From: Felis catus
Taxonomy: Eukaryota
NCBI RefSeq assembly: GCF_018350175.1
Contig: NC_058368.1
Span: 183,708,001 to 183,772,000, forward strand
Length of the DNA stretch: 64,000 nucleotides
Reading direction: 5' to 3'
Positions 24,261-37,140 of the stretch are shown here, piece by piece. The translations under genes and the position numbers were made by a program. Within the stretch, counting starts at the first letter, position 1. Every line of letters begins with the position of its first letter. The notes under the pieces were generated by a model that ran no database searches, was not told the origin of the DNA, and saw only the letters and a list, made by a program, of their open reading frames with translations.

Positions 24261-25128
24261 TATTCTCATTTCATACAAACATTTAATTGTATGCAGAATA
24301 TATGCACTAAGACCATTTTGTTAACTATTTTCACTGAATACTCTACATAAGTTATCAACTACATATCCCCTTAATTTTAACAGGAAAAAAATTTTACTTA
24401 CAATACTTTACAGTACACATTGAATATAATATTAAGTATAATGTATAAATATATGTTTTATTTCATAAAAACTGAAAATGAAAATGAGTGATTCATGTCT
24501 GTTATATTCCTCAGTTTTCCCAATTTACAAATGCTTAGAAAATCCTATCATACTGAGGACCCACTAGATCAAATATTGATTCCTATTATAAATAGAAATC
24601 ATTTCAAAATACATTTATGATCACAAAATGAAAATTTTAGAACTTTATCCTACATAGATTTCTATAAAGAATGGTTGGAATGACATCAGCTTCATTAGAA
24701 GACAACTTATGTTTAAAGCCATCATATCTTTCTATACTATTCTTCTTTTGCATCCTTGATTACTTGTATGATATATTCTTTTTGCTACGTAACTAGCCGT
24801 CCCAAAGGACTTATTCTAATGGTATTCACCTGCATCCTTGAATATATATAACATCTTACACTGACTGTAAATAGCCAAACCACCTACTTTGTAAGTTCAG
24901 AGACAACAAATCAATGCATGATAAATAACACCATTCCACTTTTGACTAAAAAACAGGAGGTTAAAATGTTTCCCATTATTGCTACCAAGAAAAAAAAATT
25001 TTCTGCCTTTGAAAATAGATGTTGACGTCTCTTGACAGAATGTAAGTTTATCTACAGAAAAGATCCATGAATTCTTAATACATTTTTTCATAATAATATA
25101 GTCAGTCCTTTAAAAAGTAAATGTAAGA

Positions 25129-25345
25129 GGGGCGCCTGGGTGGCACAGTCGGTTAAGCGTCTGACTTCAGCCAGGTCACGATCTCGTGGTCCGTGAGTTC
25201 GAGCCCCGCGTCAGGCTCTGGGCTGATGGCTCGGAGCCTGGAGCCTGTTTCCAATTCTGTGTCTCCCTCTCTCTCTGCCCCTCCCCCGTTCATGCTCTGT
25301 CTCTCTCTGTCCCAAAAATAAATAAACGTTGAAAAAAATTGTTTT
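25129..25345 (+). mobile_element. Young felid Can-SINE (SINEC_Fc-like)
   Basis: Near consensus; perfect TSD aaagtaaatgtaaga at 25114-25128 and 25346-25360. Confidence 0.97.
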
Positions 25346-25599
25346 AAAGTAAATGTAAGAAAAAACTGTATATATTCTCTATAACAAGTATTTAAACCAT
25401 TTCACACACCGACAGAGTTAAGTAGTGTATACTTCTATACATTACTGTATAGATATAGGTATATTCCTAGCTTGAGATTCTTATAAGGCAGACAGGTACA
25501 CATATGAATACATATATCACAAGGTATTGTGCATTTACAATAGTATAGGAACAAACATAGAAAAAAATAGCAATTAATTATGATGTGTCCCCATGGTGG

Positions 25600-26050
25600 T
25601 AGTAGATGGTGGGCAAGGGTGCTGAGAAAAAAGTATAAATGAAGAGAAAAAAGTTGTGGATGAAATGGCATTTAAATTTGGTCTTGATAAGTGAGTAGAA
25701 TCACAGTAGAAAGATGGATTATAAAAGCAGTCCATGCAGACTAAATATTATGGGTAAGTTCTGAGTATTCTCATGTATATAATTTAATTAGAGACCATAA
25801 ATTGAAGCACATAAAAATGTCAGGATAGGTACTCAAATATAGGTCTAGCTATAGACAACTGAGTGCCAGAATAAAGCATTCACAATTGATTTGGTAAATA
25901 AGAGAGAGAAATTGAAGGATTCTGAGGAGGAAACCTGACTTGCAAGAGAAGAAGGGAAGTCTACTGGAATTTGTAGGAATGATGTTGAAAAACAATTTTG
26001 ATAGTGTAGGTAAGAAAATGTAACCTTGACCTGAGGGAACTAGTTATAAA
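25600..26050 (-). mobile_element. L2 fragment
   Basis: 'ggcatttaaatttggtcttgataagtgagtagaa', 'tgagtgccagaataaagc...ttggtaaataagagagagaaattgaaggattctgag'. Confidence 0.5.
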
Positions 26051-28635
26051 AGACACCTGATAGCTATCGGTATAACTCTAGTACTTTCCTGTAGCAAATT
26101 TCCCCAGAAACGTATTAAAAAACCAACATGCTAAGGAAAATCAGTATGTTGTAGGGAAGGCCAGCAAAAGAAACTATGTGCATATGTATGTATAATTTTT
26201 CCTTTTGTTTTGGATGCTTTTTTTTTTAACAGTATGGTAATTATTAACTTCTGTGCACCATAAAAAGATAAGACGACAAAAATAGTCTGGGCTTAACTTA
26301 CAAATTAACATACACGCAAAAAATCATCAAGGACATCTGTGTGTTATACCTCCCTCAGTAATATGTCAAAAAGACCACCTACTCTCTCAAGAATGATGCC
26401 TGCAAAAAGCAGAGAGGAAAAAGTTCTCGTCAAGAACGCTTTTTGTTTTTCCTACAGCAACATTAATTACATTGTCGGCTAGAGCTGAAAGAATGAGATA
26501 AGCAGAAGCAATCTGATTCTCATCTTGTTTAAACTTGTCAGTTCTAAAATGAAGTCAAGAGTTAGTCAGGGAAAATGGAGAAGGTCTCCTTCCTCATTTA
26601 AAGATAAATGGGAAGTCCAACTCCTGAATTTTTTTTTAAAAGGAGGGTTACTCTCTAGAAGACAATTGTCTCTTTAAAAGTATTTCTAATTCAGCCTCTC
26701 ACATGACAGCCTTCCAGAGTCTGAGAGTGATACGTTTCATCAGGAGACACTCCCATCTTCAGTGCAGCTCTGTATCACCTGTTCTGCCTTTGACCCTCTG
26801 CTAAAAGAAAATGGATCTCTACAGTGCTTAGAAGCTGCCAAGACTTAACAAATTTTTAAGCTGAATTTTTGCTTCAACTCAGTGTTCTTACTTCCTAGTT
26901 CTGCTGTTTCATGTGGCATGCTAGGCAACCCTAAAGAGAAGCTACTTTCAATAAGCACTTATTTGTTAGAATTCTGACTCCCAATATGACCCTGGAGATT
27001 ATATACATGTATCTCCAGAGGAGAGAAAGAAGGAGAGGGAAAACTGGAAAACTGAGAAAAGAACAAAAATAGATGAAGTATGAATACGTAGATCACCTAG
27101 TGAAGGGAGGGTTAGAGAGTATGACACAGAGATGTGAAACAAAGCATCTGAGAGGATGTGATGCCTGGGATTTGTCCCAAGTATCAAAACACTATGAATG
27201 TGCCATATATTGAAGGGAATTTCAATACAGATATTATCCAGTCAACATTTTTTTCCCTTCTGAGTTGTGAATCCTCTTCCTCTTCTAGTTGTGTATCCCT
27301 AAATTTTTCCTCAAATAAAGCCTTTTATTTTTTCAAGTGTTAAATGAGTGGAATGAAAAGAAAGAGACCATTTTATTTCTCATTTCTTGGACACATTTTT
27401 TTATCCCTTAGAAAGTAAATACATTCAAATAATTACTTATTAAAATTATCTGGGACAATGCTTTAAAAAGCCCAATCCATGAATGGTTTTATTGTTGAGA
27501 TTAATATATTTCACCAAATTCCACCCACTATTCCATATCCAGACTGCTCTGATTGCTCACATGAATTTTTTAATTAGATATATTTTTAAAGTGTATTCTT
27601 TGAAGAATTTTTTTTTTAAATAGAAGCTTAGGTACATGAGTGAGTACTGACTTTATGGGGGAAAAATATCACTTGAATCAAGACATGAGGTCTAACCTAT
27701 GCACCAATGCGGTGCCTACAATTTTGATGTGACATTCCAATGAAATCCTGAAAGTTCAGGTTTAGGGTACATGGGCTGGGAGAGGACTATTTCTCCATTA
27801 TCTTCTTCATAATCTGAATCTTAAAGGTCGGTTAATGATGGCAAACTGATGGAGAAAAACTAAAAGCAACAAAAACAAAAACAAATAAGTTTTATCGTCA
27901 ATTGAAAAAAGAAATAACCAGCCCTGATAAGTAACAAAGAATCCTGTTTTTAAAAAAGAAAGTGCATTTGCCAATTTTTTTCTAATCTCTTTAAAGTTTT
28001 TCAATAGTTCTAAATTAAATCCCTTTCATCCTTATCTCTTTTTCCATCAGAAAATCCGAAGGGTATTTGGATTCAGACATCCATTGCACCAAAGATCTTT
28101 CATTACACAGCACAAACAAGCACTTTTATTGAACAAGAACCCAATTACTTAACCTAGCTTCAGGTTTCATTCTACCCTGCCGCATCTACCTTGACAGAAG
28201 CCTACTAATCTCTTCTGATGGACGTTGCTACATATCAGTTCTGATACAGAGAGATGATTCCTAACCTTTCTGTAGAGAACCACTGATTAAATAAGCTCAG
28301 ATGCCCATCTCAGCTTCCTTGGACCCATGAATAACAATGAGAAAGAGTGCAGACAGATATGGACCCTTTCCTCCTCTGTATAAGGAACCAGCATTCAAAG
28401 AGTAGAAAAAAAGGAGTATCTGCCCAGAGAAAATGACTAACATTTACCAAAGTCCTGTACTGGAAGTGTCTGAGGTTCTCTCCAGTTTGTTTCTATTCTT
28501 TAAATTACTATCATGCTCCCTCCATTTTGCTAGTAGAGAAGAAAATAAATTCCGTAAAGTTCTTGTACCTTTGTTGCTGCTATTCTTGTTTTCAAACTTA
28601 TTGATAAACAATGTTAATGACTTGACCTTTATGTC

Positions 28636-28800
28636 AGAAATTCTCAACAGTAAATGCACATTAGAAGAACCTAGAAACCTACAGCCTGAGTCCCATCCTT
28701 ACAGATTTCGATTTAATTCATCAGGACTGGAACCTGAGCATTATTATTGTTTTTAAATTTCTCTAGATGATTATAATTACAGCCAACGTTGAGAAGCATT
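28636..28800. mobile_element. MER5B-like hAT-Charlie non-autonomous DNA transposon
   Basis: 'ttctcaac...tgcacattagaa...gatttaatt...tctctagatgattataattacagccaacgttgagaagca'; terminal inverted ttctcaac/gttgagaa. Confidence 0.75.
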
Positions 28801-28916
28801 ATTTGGTGTAAATAGCAACTAAATTTTGTTATTATATTAGAATTATGAGCAGCTGTTAGGAACCATTTTAGTTTAGCTTCATTTCCAAAGCAGGAATATT
28901 TTAAAGAAAAGCCTCT

Positions 28917-29136
28917 GGGGGCACCTGGGTGGTCCATTGGTTGAGTATCTGAATGCCTCTCAAGTCCTGACCTCCTGGTTCATGAATTTGAGCCCCATGT
29001 TGGGCTCTTTGTTGAGAGCTTGGAACCTAAAGTCTGCTTCATATTCTGTGTCTCCCTCTCTCTCTGCCCCTCCTCTGCTCACACTCTGTCAATCTCGCTC
29101 TCTCAAAAATAAACATTAAAAAATGTAAAAAAAAGG
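28917..29136 (+). mobile_element. Can-SINE
   Basis: Typical body; TSD aaagcctct at 28908-28916 and 29137-29145. Confidence 0.93.
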
Positions 29137-32069
29137 AAAGCCTCTAAAAGTTTACACTCATGAAGACATTGCTACCTCACAGGAAAGTCTATTTCTTTGG
29201 TTTCCTTTTTAACATTAAATCTTTAGAGAAAGTTCCCAATATATTTCAAAGTATCCATGTACAAGACTGCTCATGACAACACTGTTTTTCTTAGTAAGTT
29301 CAACAATATCCAACAATAAAAAAAAAGTGGAGTTACACACACACAGAGAAAGAGAAAGAGAGGGAGTGAGAGAGAAGGAGAAAGGAAGACACCAACTAAC
29401 TCACATAAATGGGAATAGGGAGAATGCCTTCAGTGTAAAATATTTTACGGATGTACTTATATGCATACATGTAGATGCATAATACCTTTTTGAAGAACAC
29501 TTGTAAAGGGTAGTTTCTAGAAATATAAGGTTAGGCTTTTATTTCTAGTATGTACCTTTTTAATTATTTCTATATTCTAATCATTTGTATGAACTGGTTT
29601 CATATATTTCAACTTGGAGAGACTATTTGGATAATGGGATAACAAATCATTTCTGCTTCTTTTTTAGAAGTTTTTAGTATTTTCCCAATACTGATGTGAA
29701 ATTAGCTACCCACACTCCTCCTTGTGCTACCATTTGGAGGTGATGAAGTTACCAGTCTTCTACATGATGGCCCATTAGCTATTTTAAAGAAAACAGTAAT
29801 GTTTTCCTTTGGTGGAAACTCATTTCAGGTTTTCTTCATATTCTTTTGAAGACTATACTGTGTGTTTAGTATTAATGTGCTGGTATTAAAGGATATGAAA
29901 ATAATTTCACCAATTTTTGCCATGAAGAAGCTTACATTCAATCAAGGAGATAAAAATAAAAACATAAATAAAAAATAAAAAGTAGTAATTTCATTGCAAG
30001 TTTATTTGTAAACAGAGGAAACAAATGCCCACAGGGGAGTCTATTCTCTCCAGATGGGGAGCAACCAATACAGGGAGTGTAAAATTGGCAAATGGGCATG
30101 GAACGTTTTTCTCAAAATTTACTTTTCAAGTTAACAGAATTTTGATGTGTTATTTTATTTCAATTTTACAACAGTACCAGATATTATTATTCCCAATTTA
30201 TAACCGCATAAGTAGAAGCTCATGATATAATGGCTTTAAGATCTTTTCTTCTCTGAGCATGTTCTGATTCATCAATGTTGCTCTACAATAGCCAAGAATT
30301 AAATATACTTTCTAAATATGGTCTGATCAGTGCACAGGCAAGTGACACTACTAAGTCCGCTGATTTTAGCACTAATACCTCTGATATTTTTTTCCAGAGT
30401 GAAGAGAGTGGAAGGGAAAACAAACAAACAAAAAAAGTTGATAGGAGTTGGGTATATGGAGAAAGAAACAGCTAAGCCTGCCTGGAAGACTCAATGATGG
30501 CTTCCGAGAGCAGGCAGTGCTGGCTTGAACTGAGAGTTGACAAGCAAGGTTGAGTTTTCCAGGGGATAAATAGTGGGGTCTTCATTCCAAGCACAGGGAG
30601 TGATACAACCAGAATACTACCTGTTTAGACACTATGGATGCTTTCACATTGTGTACAGTCACAAGAACAGGAACAAAGGGGCAAATGGGAGTGAGGTTTG
30701 AAAGGTAGATAGAGGACTGACCATTATTATCTTGGGAATTTGGATATGATTGTACAGGCAATTAATATAACAAAATAACAACTCATTTTATGTCCTGGAG
30801 AAATACCTGTGTATTTTCCAGACATTAAAAAGGAATGAAAACATCTATAATAGAGATACTCTCAGCTAAAATAAAAAGTCACATAAATATCAGTAGTCTT
30901 TAAGTTGAAATGAAAATTTAATACTTTTGTAATTTTTACTCCCCATCAGGAACACAGTTACACACTTTTCTGAGAAACAATTGTCGTTTTCATTAAGCTA
31001 TGCATGATATAGAAGAGTCGACAGGTGCCTAATATGACTGCTTGTGGTTAGGATCACTTTCAAATTTATTTTGGCATAGTATTTCCATCAGAAAATTCTA
31101 AGTCAATTTTTTTTTTAAATTTGTACTTCTATTACAGGTCATTTATTGCAGGCTGTTTACTATGATTTTTTGCTTACAATTTCTTGTCAAATGAAAAGCC
31201 CTAACTTAGCTTCTCCCGAACAATTTCAAGCTTTAGCTTCTATAGTACAGCTGTCTACTGCATATCCTAAAATTGGGATCCCTACTGGGAACAACAGGAG
31301 ACCGTGGTGAGGAAAGAAAATACCCAGCAATATGTATGAAAAGAAATTTTTTTGTCTCTTACTTTTAATGTTCTTTAAGATAGCATGCTGGTTTCCTCTG
31401 ATGCAACAACATTCCTCAAAAGACACTAAATTTAGAGTCTTTAAACAATATTCTGCTCTATGAAATTCTTATAAAACATTCATTGTTGAGATTTTTAAAA
31501 TATGGGTTAATAAGTAGTTTCAGACAATAGCAGAACAAAACTACTTATTTTATATTTGGAATATAAGACTAAACTGTATTTGTGTGATACAATGTTAGGG
31601 ACTATACTGGTTATTTTTACTTGATAGAAGTATGATTTATAGTGTCTGTATGTAGATTCATTGTGATTGTTTCATGTTTTATTGTCAAATTTCCTTGGCT
31701 AATAAAGCCACAGATAATGAAGCTGGCACAAGAGATCACTTTCTAGAGTTTTCAAGGTCAATATGTCAATTAAGATCCGTGGGCTACTCATTAGTACCGG
31801 AAAAAAATGAACATGCTGAGCAATAGGAGATTATAAGTCTGGGATATCAAACATCTGTATTGACTTATGACAGCCTCAAGTTCTCTCTTTTGTGAAGTGA
31901 TTTAGAGGGGCAAATTACTTTTTCACTAATTTGACAAAGATGACACTTTTTAAAACTTCCTAATATAGGTTTAAAGATGCTGCATCACATACATCCATAA
32001 ACCATGATACATATATTGCATCAAATTCTCCAAGTACATACTGTCCATTTCATCTAGCAGAAGCATTAA

Positions 32070-33320
32070 TTTATTTCATTCATTCATTTGACAAAGACTT
32101 ATAATTCACTGAGTATGTACTGTGAACAGAGTTCTGGGTTAGCCAGAGGAGAAGGGGAAAAAAGAGGTAACCATGGTTTTCTGTCTCAAATACCCTACAG
32201 AGATAGATACTAAGCAATTAAATACATGATGAGTTGATTATAGCTGGTATCAAGTGTCACAAAGGAAAGGTGCATTATGTGAGAACATACAATTATCATC
32301 ATATAGTACCTTCAATGAGAAAAACAAGTATGAATATATTCATATAATATAGATATTAATTTACTAAATATAATTGAATATGTATTTATTGAGAACCCAC
32401 TATATTCCATTCATTCTGTGGGGGTTAAGGATCATATGATGTAATTGGGGAAACAGACATATGCAAAGCCAAATGCTAAAAGCTACAGAAGCACAGACAA
32501 AAGGTGGTCCCTGAGATTAAAAAAATAAAAAAAAAAAGAAGAATACTTGGAAAAGAGAACTGGTTCATTCATTTAATAAAATATTTATTTAACATTTATC
32601 ATTTTTCCAACATGGTGCTTGGTGTTAGGGACTTATGTCAATAAAATATAACCCATGTCTGTAAATGACTCACTTTCTACAACAGTGGTCTAAACCAGGA
32701 TGGTTTTCTCCTCAGGGGACATATGGCAAAGTCTGGAGACATTTTTTTTTTTTTTTGTCATAACTTCGGAGGGGACACTACTGTCATCTAGTGGATAGAG
32801 ACCAGAGATACTGTGAAACAGCTTACAATACAAAGAACAGCACCCCCAATGATGAATAATTATATATCCCAAAATGTCAATAGTACCAAGGTTGATAAAC
32901 CCTTGAGAACCACAGACAAATAAGTAACCAATTACAATGCAGTATTATTAGTGATGAAATTGGGCTGTGTTTTAAAAGACTAAGGAAAGAAAAGGAATAA
33001 ATGTGATGCATTAAGGATAGTAGGCAGGGAAAATCATTTAACATAGTACACTATTATTGCAAATTATGGTGAGATTCTGGAAATGCCTGTCAAAATGAAG
33101 ATAGCAAGGTTAATAAAGAATGGATGTGAGAGGGTTTTTGAGAGGTAAAATAAACATTAATTTATTAAGCAATTACATGATGAAAGTTTGTGAGGAGAAA
33201 TGGTTGAAGCAGATGGAAGAGTCAATGATTTCCTTACAATTTGTTTTGTTTGGGTGGTAGGTTAGATGGTGTTAACATTAATATATATCAGGACAAAGGG
33301 GAAAGACAGTTTTGAAAGAT
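32070..33320 (-). mobile_element. L2 fragments (interrupted by MER20)
   Basis: Repeated antisense L2 tails 'ttcattcattcatttgacaaa' and 'ttcattcatttaataaaatatttatt' with purine-rich bodies. Confidence 0.55.
32683..32905 (+). mobile_element. MER20 hAT-Charlie DNA transposon relic
   Basis: 'cagtggtc...caggggacatatggcaaagtctggagacattttt...ctactgtcatctagtggatagagaccagagatactg...cccaaaatgtcaatagtaccaaggttgataaaccct'. Confidence 0.9.
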
Positions 33321-33329
33321 ATTAATAAT

Positions 33330-33560
33330 GATAATAAAAATAATACTTACATGTTACATGTCAAACAGTATGTTAGTCACAGCAAACTATTAAATTTGTC
33401 ATAACCCTTGTTAGGGAGGTAGAGCTATTTAAAGTAAGTACTGTTATCTCTAATTTTTAAGAAAGGGCAAGAGAGATTAAACAAATCACTCAAGGTCACA
33501 TTGCTTATTCGTGGCAACATCCAAACTCCAATTGATATTTATCTTCTGAAGCCAGTGTTG
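33330..33560 (-). mobile_element. MIR
   Basis: 'cataacccttgttagggaggtag...gagagattaaacaaatcactcaaggtcaca'. Confidence 0.6.
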
Positions 33561-33624
33561 TCAACCTCTATGCTCTACTGGATAAGTAAGGAGAGACTGT
33601 AGACCTTCCAGGTGGAGTTTCCAC

Positions 33625-34150
33625 AGTTTGGATTTAGATTGCCTGGGTTCTCCAAAAAGCAAAACCTGGCATAAAAGTTTGTATACTACCAGTTTATTAG
33701 GGAATACAATTCCAGGGAAGCAGAAGTGAGTAGAAATTTGAGTAAGACATAGATACAGGGAGAGCAAACATTCAATTTTAAGTCAAGCACGCTTGATTGT
33801 TTGACTGCTGGAATGTCTTCTAAGAGATCATCCTAACTGCTGCATTTCAGGATAGTCCATGGATAAGACAAAAGGGAGAATATTCACCACCTCTTAACAA
33901 CATTAGTTAAAAATTTGCTCTAAAAACTTTTAACTCTTCTGCCTTTCCTACATTGCTCATCTAGAGATACCAAGTGGGTGTCAGTGGCAACAGAGATGTC
34001 TTGAGGCAGGAGGCAAGAAAGACTCAGCATGAACGGAAGATAAAACACGATGAGTTGTGCCAGTGAGAATCAATCACAAGGAAAGCTAATGCAAAATAAG
34101 AGGCCAAGCCCTGAAACAAATACAACTGCGAAGCTACGCAATGGTGTGTA
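33625..34150 (-). mobile_element. LTR16-like ERVL solo LTR relic
   Basis: 'gggttctccaaaaagcaaaacctgg...cagtttattagggaatacaattccagggaagcag' resembles the antisense LTR16 3' end. Confidence 0.55.
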
Positions 34151-34164
34151 CGAAATAGCTGACA

Positions 34165-34360
34165 TATCTGTTCTAAATATTACCAGCTTTGTTGTGCTCA
34201 AGTTATTTTCCCTTCTGGGGTCTTAATTTTCTCATCTTCAAAACGGAGAAAATCATAGTACCTATCCAGTAGTATTGAGAGGATTGAAGGATTTAATATA
34301 TATTAATAATTTAAAACAGAATGAACATACGCACCAAATGCACTTATCATTTATTATTGA
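34165..34360 (+). mobile_element. MIR
   Basis: 'caagttattttcccttctggggtcttaattttctcatcttcaaaacggag...tagtaccta...tgagaggattgaa'. Confidence 0.7.
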
Positions 34361-34375
34361 CATCACCATCATCAT

Positions 34376-34575
34376 TGTTAAGAAGGAGAAAATCAACCCC
34401 TTAATAGCCACAAATGGGCTGAGTCTAACAGCAAGGCCTGGGTGTTGTTAGAGCTGGCCTGGCACCCACAGTTAAGGGTATAATGTCCTCTTGTTGAATA
34501 TAAATTATCTCGGACAAAACACGAAGATCCAACAATGTCACTTTGTGACCGTGATGAAGTGAGACAAAAAAATAA
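34376..34575 (+). mobile_element. Possible ERV LTR fragment
   Basis: Starts 'tgttaag', contains 'cactttgtgaccgtgatgaagtgagacaaaa', LTR-like from memory; family uncertain. Confidence 0.35.
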
Positions 34576-34579
34576 AAAC

Positions 34580-36500
34580 TTAATTTATCAAATAGAGAGT
34601 ACGATAGTCAATACTCCAAAGAGTATTTGAGAAAAATGGGTAAAATAGAAGACAGATTACATTGGGCAAATTGATGAGCAGGAGATGGGGAAATCAATCA
34701 TTTTTAAAGTATGAATGTGAATAGGACAGAGATGGGAATTTAACTTGAGGTAAATGTAGGGTTGCAGGAGAAATTACTTATGACAGGGAGAAGTAAACAT
34801 TTAGTTTGCTTTAAGAAAGGCTCTGTGGGAAGGAAGTGTTTGCAGATCCAAGAAAGAGAGGGGAAATCTGATTAATTAAGTTCTTAAAGTACATAGAAAG
34901 GAGAGATAGCAAGAAAATCATTGGAGAACTAACCCTAAAAAGGAAAAGGTATTTCATTCTCTGAAATTGGAGGAGAAAGTGAGATAAATCCTAGTATCAC
35001 TGAATATGAACAATCTGTGATAGAGGGTCAAGAGGGGCAGGTAAGAAATTTCATCACCGTTGACTTGTTTTCTCACTGAGGAAATAATCCAAGACATCTG
35101 TTGAAGTTAAAGGATAGTAGCTTGGTAACACTGGGGCAGCCACAACAAAAAAGGGACCTGGAGCCAACAGGAAAGAAAAAGGTATCAGACATTAATAATT
35201 ATGCAGCTAACACTTCCTTTTGTGGGTGGCAGTGAGAGCAGAAAGTGCACCCAAAGGCCTCAGGCACACTGGGAGAGTACAAGGTGATAGAGCACTGCCT
35301 GCCTACCCCAAATGCCATACTCCGCACCTCTATCACATGCAAATCATTGTACCTAATCATGTTGTCACCAAGTCCCACTTCTGGTACTTTGTGTCTCAGC
35401 TGAAGAAGATGAATATATCTTCAAGAGTAATTGTCTCCTACGGACGGGTGTTTAAGAAATACCCCACATGGATCAAGAACTTCGGCACCTGTCTGTGCCA
35501 TGATTCCCCCATGGCACTCACAACATGTACCAAGAGTACTTGACCTGACCACTGCAGGTGCTGTTACCCAGTGCTACTGAGACATGGACACCTGGCATCT
35601 GGGCCCACCCGATCCAGATCATAAAGGTGGAGGAGACTGCAGCCAGCAAGTGCCCACCAGCAGCCAACCAACTCCACGACTCTAGGATCAAGTTCCCACT
35701 GACCCACTGGGTCTTGCATGGCCAACAGAAGCCATGTTTTACCATCAAGAGGCCCAAAAGCTTCTTTTAGATACAGAGCTTCCCTGTCCCTAGGTCTGCC
35801 TAAAGAAATGCCTTGGGAAAACCAAAAACCCAAAAAGCCAAAAAAAACAAACAAACACAAAAAAACCTAAACAAAACAAAACAAAACAAAACAAAGAGAG
35901 CGAGAGCGAGAGAGAGAGAGAGAGAATGCAGTTAAGGCAGAAGATTCTACACTCATAACCCTAAAGGACCTGGTCAGTATAGCTGTCATGTTTCTGTAGA
36001 AGTCCTAAGCATCTGAGATGACAAGGAGACAAATAAAATTCTTGGACCAATCTCTGTTATCAATGGCAAGTTTTCTGTGGTGAAAAGTTAACAGGAACAA
36101 AAGAATAAAAAGTCTTAAGTGAGCACAATTGAAATGAGCGATCAATGTGTCCATGCCACATAAACAGGAAAACAAAGCCTGCTACAGAATGACCCATTAA
36201 AGGAACTCAATTTCTAGGTCACTGGAGGTAGGGAATGGAGGAGGCAGGTGGAGATGTAAGGGTGGGGTGGGGGACGGCAGCTAGGCTCAGTAGCAGTGCC
36301 ACTGAAGGAATTTGAAGGTTCGAAAGATAGAGGGTTTCAGAAAAAGAGTTTTAAGATTTTGGAAACCAAACAATTATAAAAGATAGTAAGAAGCATACAA
36401 TGATCTAGAAATTTGTCCTTGAAGTTGGGCAGTGGTATGGAAGGAAGAAACTAGAGAAAAGTTCCAAGACCCTAGTGGCCAGGAAAGGTATTACATGTTA
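34580..36500 (-). mobile_element. L2 relic split by the RPL18A retrocopy
   Basis: Purine-rich degraded L2-like sequence on both sides of 35211-35925, e.g. 'gttgacttgttttctcactgaggaaa'. Confidence 0.45.
35211..35925 (+). pseudogene. RPL18A: Processed pseudogene of 60S ribosomal protein L18a (eL20)
   Basis: 5'TOP-like 'cacttccttttg'; conceptual peptides [60 protein letters not shown]...HDSRIKFPL...[13 protein letters not shown] match RPL18A; intronless; ATG lost, frameshifts; decayed A tail; TSD atgcag(c/t)taa at 35201-35210 and 35926-35935. Confidence 0.97.
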
Positions 36501-36927
36501 ACAGGAGATAAACTTTAAAAAGATTACTAAATATTAGTTATCCTATTTTCTCAGGCCAAATAAGATTTCTAGTATACTATAAAAAGAAGGAATAAAAAGA
36601 AAGCCCCTTTAATGTTCATATTATAGTTCAGAAAACTTACATTATTGTGTAACAATTTCATTAAACTGCAGTAAGATTTATTTTTACAGAATGCTCATAT
36701 GCTACAGATAGACATTACCTTCTGAAGATGTCAAATAGACTTGTTTATGCCCACAGAAGCCACATATGTAGAAAAAGCCACACACACCTACTACAGTTTC
36801 TGGAAAAGAGCTGAACAAATTGGTGGTAACTACGGATGGAATTTAAAACAGATTCAAAAGATATAAGAAGCTACATTGTTAAAAGAATGGTATATAATTC
36901 TTGTGCTTTTTTATGTATGAGATTCTT

Positions 36928-37140
36928 CTTTAAAAATTTTTTTGATATTTATTTATGAGAGAGAGAGAGACACAGTGCAAACAGGGGAAGTGCACAGAGA
37001 GAGAGACACAGAATCCAAAGTAGGCTCCAGGCTCTGAGCTGTCAGCACACAGCCCTACACAGGGCTTGAACTCATGGACTGCGAGATCATGACCTGAGCT
37101 GAAGTCTAATCCTTAACCAACTGAGCCACTCAGGTGCCCC
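36928..37140 (-). mobile_element. Can-SINE
   Basis: Typical body; TSD tatgtat(g/a)agattctt at 36912-36927 and 37143-37158. Confidence 0.95.

Noticed and set aside
35220..35770. Functional RPL18A retrogene
   Set aside because: Start codon lost, several frameshifts, heavy CpG decay
36747..36866. Short ORF MPTEATYVEKATHTYYSFWKRAEQIGGNYGWNLKQIQKI and a 14-mer gtaactacggatgg repeated near 39708
   Set aside because: Peptide not recognised; a few exact 14-mer pairs are expected by chance in 64 kb
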